64,000 nt of DNA from Iphione sp. A-MEVVRFRX5. Its lineage: Eukaryota. The stretch spans positions 24,490,001 to 24,554,000 of the forward strand of contig OZ320318.1 in NCBI GenBank assembly GCA_976226885.1, given 5' to 3'. The notes under the pieces are model-generated. The model worked only from the letters and a program-made list of their open reading frames with translations. It ran no database searches and had not been told where the DNA came from. Below are positions 26,701 through 38,653 of this stretch, in pieces. A program made the position numbers and the translations under genes. Within the stretch, counting starts at the first letter, position 1. Each line of letters opens with the position of its first letter.

Positions 26701-29700
26701 TCGCAAAAGCAGCGACATGAAAAGGAAATGTGGGTGAAACTGGAAGAGGCCACAATGTAGAATGAGGAAAATGTCCTTAATGTTAGTCTGGAGCGGCAGT
26801 TCTCTCCTTGGGAGTCTGAACCAATGAAGTAAACAGCGACATCAGATTTCAGATACAGAACATGCACTCTCGAATCCATATACATTGTTACATGTAAACG
26901 AAATTGAATGTTAAAGGAGTTTGTAATTAATTGCATTATATATTAAGACGCAAGGTCCATCCGAGTTGCGTTAGCCACTAAACGTGGTCGGCACTCTCTA
27001 GGAAAGTTTTGTTAAAAAGATTGGAGAATTAACATAAAATGGTCTGAATCTTTGTGCAGATATATAATTCCGGAAAATAGTGTCTGGTCACTTTATACAC
27101 TGCATTGGTGAAGCATATTGTAGCATCAGTCGGAATAAGAAGATTCACCAAAGAGTTTCGAGTCAGTGCCAAATATTTTTTCTGATTTCCACCGAGTTGA
27201 GGTGAAACACTTTATCAAAGTTTTCTTACCTTTTCATACATACATTTGCCGCCAGTGGCACATAGCTTGGTTCATACAATCAGAGGCTAACATCAAGTTC
27301 ATCCATAGTTACTTTAAAGACTGCGCAATATAATTATGCCCAGAAGACAGAACAATCTCCTGGCTCATCCCTAGATGGAAGATGGAATAACACAACAATC
27401 AGTGCAGATGAAACAATAGCCCACATAATTATTCCAGGGCAGTGCTCCGACCTACATTCTCCACATTTTCAATATTAAACTTGATATTGATGTACCTATA
27501 TCCATGATTCTGTCTATATTTGTGGCCAATGTACCAACTTCAATCCGGCAATCCTGTGGCATAAGATTTGCCGGAACATGATGTCATCCACCTAGAAGTC
27601 TAAATGTGTGCCGGAAGTCGGAAATAATAGGAGCAGCCGTGCTTGGACCCCTAATTAGGAGACACCGGAGATAAGACCAGAAGAAATTCAGCGTTCTTCG
27701 CTGTGACGCCAAATCGGCTCTTCTTGCTGCCAAGCAGTTGGGTTCCCTAATAATTAGCCGTTTACGTGACTTTTTTTTTATACCACCTCTCTCACACTGC
27801 CATTTACAAAGTCACAGAATATGTCAGCGTTAGTATTGTACCCTATCTGCAGGGTATTGCACAGAAAGGACACAGCTTGGGAAAATCGTCGTGACGCCAA
27901 TTACCTTAACGATCCCGTTCTGTTTGTCGTGTGCATTTACGTCGTATATGCATGGGTCTTTCCGAAAAAAAGACCAGTGCTTCGTGATCTTGTAAATATA
28001 ATGATGTTCACGACTTCATTAGGCGTTATCATTTTGAAATTGCCACGAACTGGCTTCCACAACTTCCCCCTTTTAACAGAATTACAGCGTGATGATTTTC
28101 TGCCGCTGCCTGTGGGCACACCATGTGACGGAAAAGGAAACGAACTTGATGCATGCAAGCGGCCGATTTGACGCACACTAGAACACCCAACCGCTCGGCC
28201 CCCACGCAACCCACCCACCCCCGCGGCGTGTCCAGGGCATGAAAACGTGGGCTGGCCGAGCGGAAATCAATCGGTGGACTTCCGAAACTCGGTGCGGCAG
28301 GCTCCTACCCCGGGGTTGTTGTGGTGGTAGTACACGTTGCCATGCCTTGACAGTATGTGAGATGTGCGGGAAGTAAGGCAGAAGCACTCGGATATAATTA
28401 TATTATATATGCACCGACATTCCAACTTTAAGATTCCCACGTTTTCCAGGGGAGGCAAATTCCTCAGCTTGAAAAAAACGAGGATTGGATTTTATCTAAC
28501 TAGAAAGTCAGCATCTGTTTGAAAAAAATGCATTTAAGTCGACTGGAAGGTCATTTAGCAGCTAGAGGGGTTGGTGTTTGGTTTGCATGCGTAGGAGGGG
28601 AGCTTCGCGACAGAACGAGAGACATGGGGCCCCACTGACCGGCGACAAGGCTATCTCCGGCGGGCCAAATGAAGATTTCGGGTGAACACGAGAAAGCTGT
28701 TGGGATTGGAAGTGTTTTGGGGGCTCGGATTTTGCCGACTGCATCTAGCATGCGAAAATGGGACGGGTAAGATAAACATGAACTAGTGGAAGGAGATACA
28801 GATGCAATTGACTCAAGACCAGCCTCGCAAAGAGAACAACTTGGGAGAGAGTAGATCGAACAGGAAACACAAGATACATTTTTTGTTTGTTTTTTTTTAG
28901 TGCAAGAAACATCTTGGCTTGATCTTCAGAATCAATATACGTGTCAGAAACGAGACGAGTGGTTAAATCCACTCACTCAAGACTAGTTATTTTTGAGTCC
29001 AAAATAAGTTACATGCATTTCGTTTAGGATCAGACCAAGCTAATGTATTTTTTGGCCGCCATGCGATATATTGACCTAATAGCCACTTGACAGTAGGCGT
29101 TTCATGCCACGAATTCAATAATATCTTTTTATTAAAGGTTGATATCTTTATGCCTTAAAGTATTTGTAGGTTTCCTTTGAAGTTCACTTTCTGCAACAGA
29201 CTCTGTCAAAATTTTTCATCATGATGTGGTGTGTGAAAAAATTCAAAAAGGACAACGGCAATTGCAATAGACTATGGGTGGCTAGTCCGAAGTCCCTTCA
29301 CATGTGTCTTGTTGACAGGTATCTTCAATTTACCCATGTCTACTAGTGACGTGACATTTTGATTGGCTAATCAGATTGTGCCTCTCAAATGTGAGTGGAG
29401 TTCGGCAAACAAACCATTGTTTTATCGGGGCCAATGGTAACCCTTAATATCTTTGCTAATTTTATAGATAGAATCAAATCCTTTTCGATTCATAAAGAGA
29501 ACATATTATTTTTTGTGTGTTTGATTATTGTTTGTAAAACGGTTCCTTAGTTAGGAGACACTAAGTAAGACTCTATGAAGCCTAGGCACCCTGTAGCTTG
29601 TCTATGCTGAGCTATAATCTAAAACTCATTCAGTGTATATTACCAGTATGCCTATGAATAGGGAAATTCGTCATCTTGGCGGTAGAACTAACAAGTTCCT

Positions 29701-30018
29701 CACTGCTCTCAATAGCAGTGATACAAGGAATTTCCGCATGAATTTCTTGCTCAAACTGGAAACTACATCGATAACGTGTGTTTCTTGGCAAAGTGTTCGG
29801 TCAACCAGGGGTTCTGTTAATATGAACATGTAATACTATGGCGATATTGGAAAGATGCTTTAACAATGTTATTCGTAGCCTATTCTTGGCCAATGACAGT
29901 AGTACTCGAGAAATAAGGGAATGGTGTTGCGAGAAAAAAAATCATGTCTATTAGTGACAGGATATATTATAATGAGTATGTGTGTATTTATGATCTTATT
30001 CTGATTGGTGAGTGTACG

Positions 30019-30322
30019 CAACATCAGCCTGCAAAGAGACTGCGACGGCTACAAGGATGAATATCAACTGACAGGCCCACAAGCAGTCTATACTTGAACA
30101 GCTATATATACAGGTCCATAAAACTATGGAATGATCTACCAACTCGAATGCAGGAGACGGACAGAGAACATTTTAAAATAGCTATTAAAGGAAAAACATG
30201 ATTTATCATAATGATGGCATATAAGACGTGCGAATGTTAGTTTTAAGATTGGTGACATGCGGAAAACTCCATCCGTGGTGACTTTGTTCCTAATAAACAA
30301 ATCTGAATCTGAATCTGAATCT
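30019..30322 (+). mobile_element. 5'-truncated LINE (CR1/L2-like) 3' end with microsatellite tail
   Basis: Translates ...RPTSSLYLNSYIYRSIKLWNDLPTRMQETDREHFKIAIKGKT*, a typical ORF2 C-terminal WNxLP...FK motif. It is followed by a short 3' UTR, AATAAA at 30292-30297 and (ATCTGA)3+ATCT at 30301-30322. Confidence 0.8.
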
Positions 30323-33300
30323 AATAGAGGACAATACACTTCGTAGCTGGAAAATTAATCCATGGTAGTCGGGAATTTTGTTAATTCGGGTCCGATTAAA
30401 TTATTACTCGTAGGTATGCTGATACATTAAAATGTTTCTGCACGTGTTATTTACGGTAATATTTTTTTTTATAATTTGATGATTTGTATTTGAATTGTAT
30501 TCTTCCACCTGGAACCCAGCGAAACTCAGCTACCGTTTAATCCCGTGAGCCTAACAATGTGACCCGCGGCAAACATGATAGCCTAAGGGGTCAGGCACGA
30601 GGAAAGGCACATAATTATACAGCCTCCTCTGATAGCAGCCCACATCTTGACGAGTGGAAAGGACTACAGGAGTTAGTCTGGTGGGGAGGAGCGACTCACT
30701 GAGCATTCTGAACAGTTGGCCGCGTCACTTTCCGCAGGTAAATCCTATACCAGAGGATTACTGGCAGGACTAAGCTGGATTAACACGGCTTCGGCCCTTC
30801 AGACACAAAGCAGGAGGGCAGTACGAGCAGTTCTCCAAGTCTCCTTGGCATGTTGTCTTACATACTTGCAACGATTCCATCGTTGGTCCCTATACAACAG
30901 AGGCGGGAGCAAATGGGAGCAAAAGAAACCCATGCAAGTTAGCCACATCGAAGGAGCAGTCGCGGCGAGAGGAATCTCCGGAGCATGAATAGTTCATCAA
31001 GGTAGGAGGGTTGTGTGAGGAAGGTGAGAGGGACGGATAGGTTAATGGTTCCGGGCAGGACCGGCGTCGAGTAATTGTGTCGTCCTGTCACGGAGCATTG
31101 GTTGCCAGAAGATTTCAACGCATTGCTGCCACTTCGCTGACACGTTACCTTCTGATGCAGAGAGAATGTCAAGGGTTGCGCTTGGCTATCAGGGTTAGGT
31201 GGCATCAAGTTTAAAGGTGTCTGATATATTCTGAAATATGGCTAAACACGCCGATAGAGAACCACGGAGGAATAATACGAAACCAACATGTGGTACTATG
31301 ACACGGTCGTCACGAAGCAATATGCACTGGCCCTACGTATCAAAAACAATTCATTTTGCAGATTCTTTATTTTTAACTTACCCAATATATAGCGTACTAC
31401 ATTAATTTATTAGAATTACGACACGATTTTATTATATTGCTACTGTTACGTTTAGAACCAGCTCCTGCAGACCTTAAATCGGTCCACAAAAAAGGAGTAG
31501 GATACATGAGAACAGTTTAGAGGAGACCTGAGAGCCAAAAGTAGAAACCCCACCACACCCCCACCCTCGATACCTCAAAACCTGGACATATTCTGATACC
31601 TGACGTCTTCGTGTTCAAAATGGGGAAAGCTAGCACCCATATATAACTTCGGTGGTCATAACTTGACATCCTGCCTCAAGTCTTCTCAACTGGTTCATTT
31701 ATCCGAGGAAGGTGGTGGCACGTGTGTAACCTGTATGAGAAGTGGCTTGTCTTTGGGCAACACAATCAGGGCGCAGGGGTGAACATGGAAGTGATCTGGT
31801 GCCATCTTCCAGCCTCATTAGCCTGCTAATGATGTGGTAGTTTCCATTAAATAATTAGGTTAGCAGCTTCCCTACCGCGATTCTACTGATCTAATAAATA
31901 CACAGCCTAATGTACTCAATGACACTTGCAAATATGATACGTTTTACATTTGTATGTGTGTGAATAGTGTGAATAGTGTGTACCATGGGGGAATGGTGTC
32001 ATCTTGGATTTCTGGAGGACAAACGTGAAGGGTCAGTACCATAGCCAAAACGCTACGTTACAGAGTATTCAAATTTTAAAATGATTCCTGCATTCATGGG
32101 GGGGGGGTGATTGTGTTAAATAAGAATTACATTTAGTTATCAGATTTATAAAACAGATCCACTGCGGAAATATGTCGGGCCTGTACGTAGCACTTCCTTC
32201 GGTAGTGGTGCTGATGGTCGTGATGGTGATCGTAGTCGTTTCGTCTAAGCCTTATATATAATCGAGTGCAGTGCCATAAAGTTAATGGCCATATATTATT
32301 TCAGAATGCGGTCTGGTCGTTCTCTCTTGATCGCTGCGAGCGGTGGTCTATACTTCTATGTTTGGTGTAGTGCATACACTATTGACCTTCGCCCGCTTCA
32401 AACAAAGCGAGTCCCTGAAGCTTATATTATCGGAAGACTTAAGCTGTCAGCTCAGTTCACCGCCGGTCCTACATATAGCAATACGTACGTCAATGGCATC
32501 GACCGGCACCTATACGTAGAGAAACAACATACAAGAGATTCCTGCACAGAAAGAGGCCTCTAATGCGACATGAAGCCTGGGGCTTTGTGAAGCTCAAGAG
32601 ATTGGTACCAGTTGTCAAGATGGAGATATCTTCACAAGATAATCCCCCTCAAGGGTTGGGGTGGGGGGCTCCTGTCATGTGGAAATGCAGACACTTTTAT
32701 GGATTCATTTTATTTGATGAAAGGAAAGCATCACGAGGGGATGTTTTGTCGTCTACTGGAAGAGTTTCGTGTTTTGCTATTTTATATCTGGAAAAACTTT
32801 TCCCACTTGGTGCGATAATATCTCGCAACTCTGATGCAATTTCTCTTGCCACGCGCATATGCTGTGGAAATGCTTATTAGAAGAGTGGGTGAAATGAAAA
32901 TATGAGTCTGTATTAACTACATTAGCATTTTTTAGCCAAAAAATAAGGTAAAAACTCCTGTGTCAACTCACACACACCCTTTGGGGATGGTTCATTGATT
33001 TCATCCTGAGGTTTGGGGCATTCGCGGGCTTCCTGCTTCGACCTCTTGAAAGGGAATGGGGAAATTGTTTACATCTGGACGAAGGAATCTCAGCGTGAAG
33101 TGCGCGAAGGTTACCATGACTGGAGTTTTCTTTGGCGTACCTTCGGTAAACGGTAGCCACTAGTGGCTTATTTGCTGACCACAGGAGTAAATATTTTAGT
33201 GGACGGAAGCCAAAGTGTCCCCTTGGGCAAGAGTTAGCTTTCCTCCAAGGATTGATGACATTTAACCTGCGATGCCAACGTTGCTAAATAAAAAGAGTAA

Positions 33301-33899
33301 TGATTGTTTCATGAAGCAGAGACGTCCTTTTTCCCGGCCCTTTATGACTATGGAGTGAATCGTTTGTGTCTAGCCCAAGTTGTTTTTCTCCTGGACACTT
33401 TGCGAGGTCTAACGTACTCCAAAGGGCGACAGCGTTCAAATTACTTCGGCCTATGTTTGTGTTCACGCGGGTACACATGTGCGGTTATTTGTGTGTGTGT
33501 TTTGCTAGATCAAGAGTCCTGTCCTCTTCATTAACATTGATGAGAGATATATGATCGATTTGTGTGTCTGGGGAAGATCGATCTACAGGCAAGTGATGGC
33601 GTTCCTACGGTTGAAGCCACTGATGATGGCAAAAAAAGCTATACTACGTACAGCTGCAGAATGAAACATGAGTTACCAACCAACTTACGTTTCTATAGCT
33701 ACAGTGGAAAGCCACCTGAGGGACACATCTCCAATAGAGGCATGTCTCTGATAGCGACATTTGGGGAATGACAGATTTTGCTTTATAATTAAAAGAAGTC
33801 TATTCTAAGCCTAAGTCTCAAATAGGGACAGGTTTGGAGAGAACTAGGAATGTCCTGATTAGAGACTGTTTGGTTCTGCCACTGTGAAGCAGTCAGTTG

Positions 33900-34280
33900 C
33901 ATCCGTTGCAAGCAGGCGAGGTATAAAAGATCCTGGCCGCATGCAGGAACGACAAGCACTACAATTGTTCTAGCGGACTGTCCCCAGCTGCTGCTTATTT
34001 TCCACACGGCGTGCTCACTCGAAGACCAACTGAGAGAAAGTCAACACTGGCGAGCGGACCGTTTCTTTCTCGGAGTCGCCTTTCCCCTCTCATTACAACA
34101 CAGCCTCCTTGTCGCGAGCAATCAGCACGTTTTTGTGATTGAATTTTAATGCCATTAGCACAGGAGTTGGCCGGGAGGCGATGGCATCCTTGCGCATGGA
34201 TGGAGATGCCGCCGCCATCTTCGCCCTGTGACAAAGACGCGAATTAGGAGAAAGAGTTCATTCTTATGCGAGTGGTAAGA
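33900..34280 (+). promoter_or_regulatory. Candidate TATA promoter and first exon
   Basis: TATAAAAG at 33922-33929, CpG-rich downstream DNA, YY1-type GCCGCCATCTT at 34211-34221 and donor GTG|GTAAGA at 34275. Only short closed ORFs lie inside. Confidence 0.3.
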
Positions 34281-35049
34281 AAGAGATGATAATGGCATTT
34301 TCTCGGGTTTCCATCTCTTCTGCGGCAGAGGCGTACGTCGTCGCACTGTGTCCTATTTGCATGCCAAATATCGAGGGGTTGGTCCCACATTAGAAAAAAA
34401 TTATTTTGTTCGTGTATGGTAACAAAGGATAGTGGCAAAACATAATAAGGATACATTAAAAACGGGAATGGGAGGGGGACTTTAACTCACACACGTTCAC
34501 ATGGCCGAATAGGAAGAAAGGCATTCCTTGCTGGTAAAGACTAAACAAAAATTCTGTTCACGGGGAAAATCCTATCCTATCACGGCCCTCTCTGCATATG
34601 CCCCACATTAACTGTTGCACATATACGTAACTGTCTGTGCGAAAATCACGGAGAACAATCAAAACATCTGTTGATTCCCATTTATTTAAATTGTTATACA
34701 TGGAATGGCATTTGATTCACAGACACACTCAGTGGAATAAACCGTACATTTATAAAGGGAGATGTCTACAATCTATCACGTTTTCCTTTTATTTCTTTAT
34801 CACAATGCAGTGTTTTATATTTGGTCAATATGCGTCAAGGACAATTTCCTTAGATATGAACAGATATAACAGATGTAAGCAGATGTAAACCCACACATCC
34901 CATATTCTCTTTATATGCATCAGATATTCACATATATTCTGCTTATGAAAATTTTGTCCACAGCGCGGACAGCTGAACGTGGATTTTTTTTCTGCCGTAT
35001 TATAGTATCCCTGCTCACTCGTATTCGTATCGGCATTATTTTTATATTA

Positions 35050-35560
35050 CTCCTTTGGACACACGTCCGGCCACCATGGGTTGCCCAAGTCAGGCACAGC
35101 TGTCCCAGCAAGATGTACAAATCCCCCTAAGCGCGCAGGCGCGTTCATAAACAATACGTTCCGACGGTCCGATTTGATGTACGCCCGCTACCGCCCCCAG
35201 CGCCCGCTCCTGTGTATCTCCTGCGTGTCTGGGCCTTGGCCCAACCCCCTCGGTGCCCCTCTTGCTCGACTGACTCCCTCCCCTCCTCTACCCCCCAACT
35301 CCCAACTGCGATTAGGCTGGTGCTCCTGTCCATACCTGAATGCCCTTCTGGTCGGCGCCAGATAAGCGGCGATTTAAAGGCGGGGCGTCTCGAGTCCTGG
35401 CGCGGATGGCGGAGACAAAATTTCCTGGGCGGTCACCTTGACAGCCAACCTAACGGTCTCTAAATATGGCCGTTAGGTGTGCCGTTCCATCAACTTTCGT
35501 CTTTGTCGGTTCAAATCTGGCCTGGCACCGGGTAATCGAGAATATAAAAACTTTCGTACT
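35050..35560. promoter_or_regulatory. CpG-rich island with GC boxes
   Basis: Dense CpG, GGCGGGGC and CCGCCCC motifs, and inverted acctaacgg/ccgttaggt at 35448-35478. Confidence 0.35.
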
Positions 35561-38500
35561 TTCACTTGATGCACCGACCTAACAAAACTCGAAAAGCTAC
35601 ACCTGTATTTACCCGATTTTTTGTTAATCAAAAGGTGACATCCTCTTCTAAAGCTACAGCGCAAGTTCACCGGGAAAAATAATGCATATATTATGCATTG
35701 ACACATGGGCTTATTATTATGTATACGCATTAAGAAAAGGATTTGATGATTTGTCCACAAGTGGCAGTATCTCGGACTCGCAATCGTGCTTCATTAGACC
35801 CTCTGGTCTTACTTGTCCACAGAAGCGTAGGTCTGTCAATAGCAATCAATGATTAACGCTTTCAGGGCGCCTGCATCGCCTCAATTAGGCTCTCATTGAA
35901 ATAGGTTTCAGCAGTGTGTGTGCAAGAGGCTCAGTATTTATGATATGGGTGTTTTATTATGGAAACTTAAGTGACGGGGTTTGCACTGCGACCGCCAGAT
36001 GGGCCCCTTGTTCGAAGTCATCAGTCAGTAATTGTTGTGGCAGTTACTATCAGGGTCCAAACAGCCACATGCATATATCTGTACATTACGTATGCAATTA
36101 ATTCATTCACGTACATATCCCAAACATGATCTGATAGGATCTGCTTGTACGTACGTCGGTGGAACCTGTTTTGTCCCTCAAACCTCGTGGGAAATAAGGT
36201 TGTGCCTCTGCCGTCTCAATTAGTGAACGCTTGTTTAATAGTTTAAGCTTGTCTAGAGGCAAATTGCCACAAATGGTGAACTTTGATTTCCGGTTGACCT
36301 CCTCGATGAATTCGCTTGGGTCTGACAGACAACAGTGCCGTTCATAGCCACTCGGCAGTGTCTCGTTTGGAGCAGCTCATTGGTTTATCCCGAGAGCTTG
36401 TGTGTAATGTAGATTCCTTTCTTTACATGACTCAGCATGAGCGTAGAAAGAGGCATTAAATATTAGATTGGTAATCAGGTAGCATAAGGATTTTGCAGCT
36501 CTAACTTTCAAATCACTTGTCAAGCCGTCTCATTTAAATAAATGTAAACTGGATGTCTCCAAAACGGACTCCCATCTGGATTAAACTGTTTTACTTTTAG
36601 TCCTTTTTCCAGCGAGGGACTTACAACATCCTGTATAGGTAAAGGTCCAATGGGAAAATGTCTTGATGTTACTGTTGTGTTGGTGTGAACTGACTGACAT
36701 TCCAGACGGGAGGAGCAATTTGACAGGGGTCTAAGCAAGGGGACTGTATGCAAAGGCAGAATGTGTGTCCTTCCGTCAACATGGGGTTCACATATTGCCA
36801 CGGCTACTCACGGCTATATGAGGGCCCGGACGACTGCTTTAGTGTCAGTGTCACTACCAGAAACCCTTAGAGGCTGACGAAAGGAGACAGCATGAAGATA
36901 GGGAAGGCGGGAATGGGGCAACGGAGCACTGTCGAGCAAGTGTTAATTAATAATTGAATGGAAGCCGGAGAGTTGCTCGCGTGAGGAGCATTTGCAGTGC
37001 TGCTGCTCTGCCGCTAGGGATCTGCTCCTCCACACGCAGGCGCAACGTGTGTGTCTATTCCGAAGCCATGGGGACATTTCAAAGATTGCTCCTCACTTCA
37101 CCGAAGCAGATTGGCGCGGAGTCTGTCACAACGAAGGATCTAGGGACTAACCGACAGAGTAAGCGATGTTAAAGCGAAAGGATGCCACGGCCGGCAAACG
37201 GGCGAGCCCCCCAAAAATCAGGACAGATCTGGGGAGAATGGGGGATGGGGACGGCGTTTGGGACAGGGGCGATAGGTTGATGATGGTACTTGAAGGGAGG
37301 ATGATAGAGTAGGAGGGATGTTTTATGCGCCAGCATGAATCAGGCGAGAGAGAGATGCGCAAGAGAGAAAAATGAGAGAGGCACAGGAGTGGAATTACGA
37401 ACCAGATGTCAGCGGACCGTCCTCTATCACATACGAACATCACGATGCTTCAAGATTCCTGCCATTTGACATAACCTGACCATATGACCTTTCACTGACT
37501 TAGTATAGCTTGGATGGGATGGGATACTGATGCGCGATACGTGCTTTGTGATTACCATTTTTACCTACAAAGGGCGAGACTGAAATCATGAACTATGCTT
37601 CAAATGTATTTCCTAACAGAGATAATTTCGTCACATGAAGAACTAGAACGGTATGTTTAGAAGAAATCACTATTAGTTAAAAGCGAAAAATAGAGATCTG
37701 AAGTGAGTACAATTTTACATCGATTTTGACTAGAAATCTGGAATAGAATCACTGCTGTTGATATTATGTACAGTGTGGGTGTTTTCTCCCGGCAGTGAGC
37801 ATCAATTCAAAGCTTAGAGGGTGACATGGGACGTCACTAACCGTGAATTTATCACGGCGTTGACGTGTTCTCGTTAATTACACGGAATGATCCCCATCAA
37901 GCAGCGACCCAATCACCGCGCCCAGACGTTTGCCAGCTACTGCTTATCAGTCCGCTCGCTCGCTACAGCTCAATATCAAATCTACTCAGGGGTCCCTATT
38001 CGATAAAATAAAATGTACCCAGCCATCGAGAATCAATAAAACTCTGTATATCTAGGAGTACTTGCCAAGGCAGACGTTTTAAGTCATCTTGAAGGCTTGG
38101 TTTCCTTCCATGCAAAGATCAAGCAGACTCTTCTTAAATAGTTTCATAAGGAGCATTTTATTCGCAGTATTTGTTTCTGTAAAAAAGAGAACTATGCCTA
38201 TCCCTAGGATGTTCTGCATATATTTATAATAATAGAAAGCTTGCGTGCCATGACACGGATGGGAGTATTACAGGGAAATATTGCCTGGGTTAGATTTAAG
38301 ATGAAAAAGTTGTATTGAGGCATGGCAAAATTGTGCAATTGGAACCGAGGCGGATTACCATAATGTCCCATCTGTGTGGTCGCCGGCACCAAGGAAATCG
38401 GAATAACTATAAATCACTAACGAAAAACAGCTAAATTATGTTACAATGCGACTATTAATAATAGTAATAGACCCATTACAGTGCTGATACTATGATTCAA

Positions 38501-38567
38501 GGTTTAATAGTTATGAATATTTGATTTGTTTGCAGTCCTTCATTTGTGTGATGGGATCGCTCTTCAG

Positions 38568-38653
38568 CTGGTCTACGGAAACAAGCGCTCAGCAGTCCGG
38601 CTCCAAGTCTTACTAAACCTTGGATATGCAGGGAAACACAGTCTTACAACCAG
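38568..38653 (+). other. Candidate internal exon (86 nt)
   Basis: Acceptor atcgctcttcag| and donor CAG|GTATGT. Phase 0 is open (LVYGNKRSAVRLQVLLNLGYAGKHSLTT) and ends in phase 2. No family recognised. Confidence 0.2.

Noticed and set aside
35350-35460. GGCGCC and ctaacggtct, reminiscent of the Id1 BMP-responsive conserved element
   Set aside because: Only a 10-nt match. The CRE and the GGCGCC-n5-GTCT spacing are missing, and no Id bHLH exon is present in the window.
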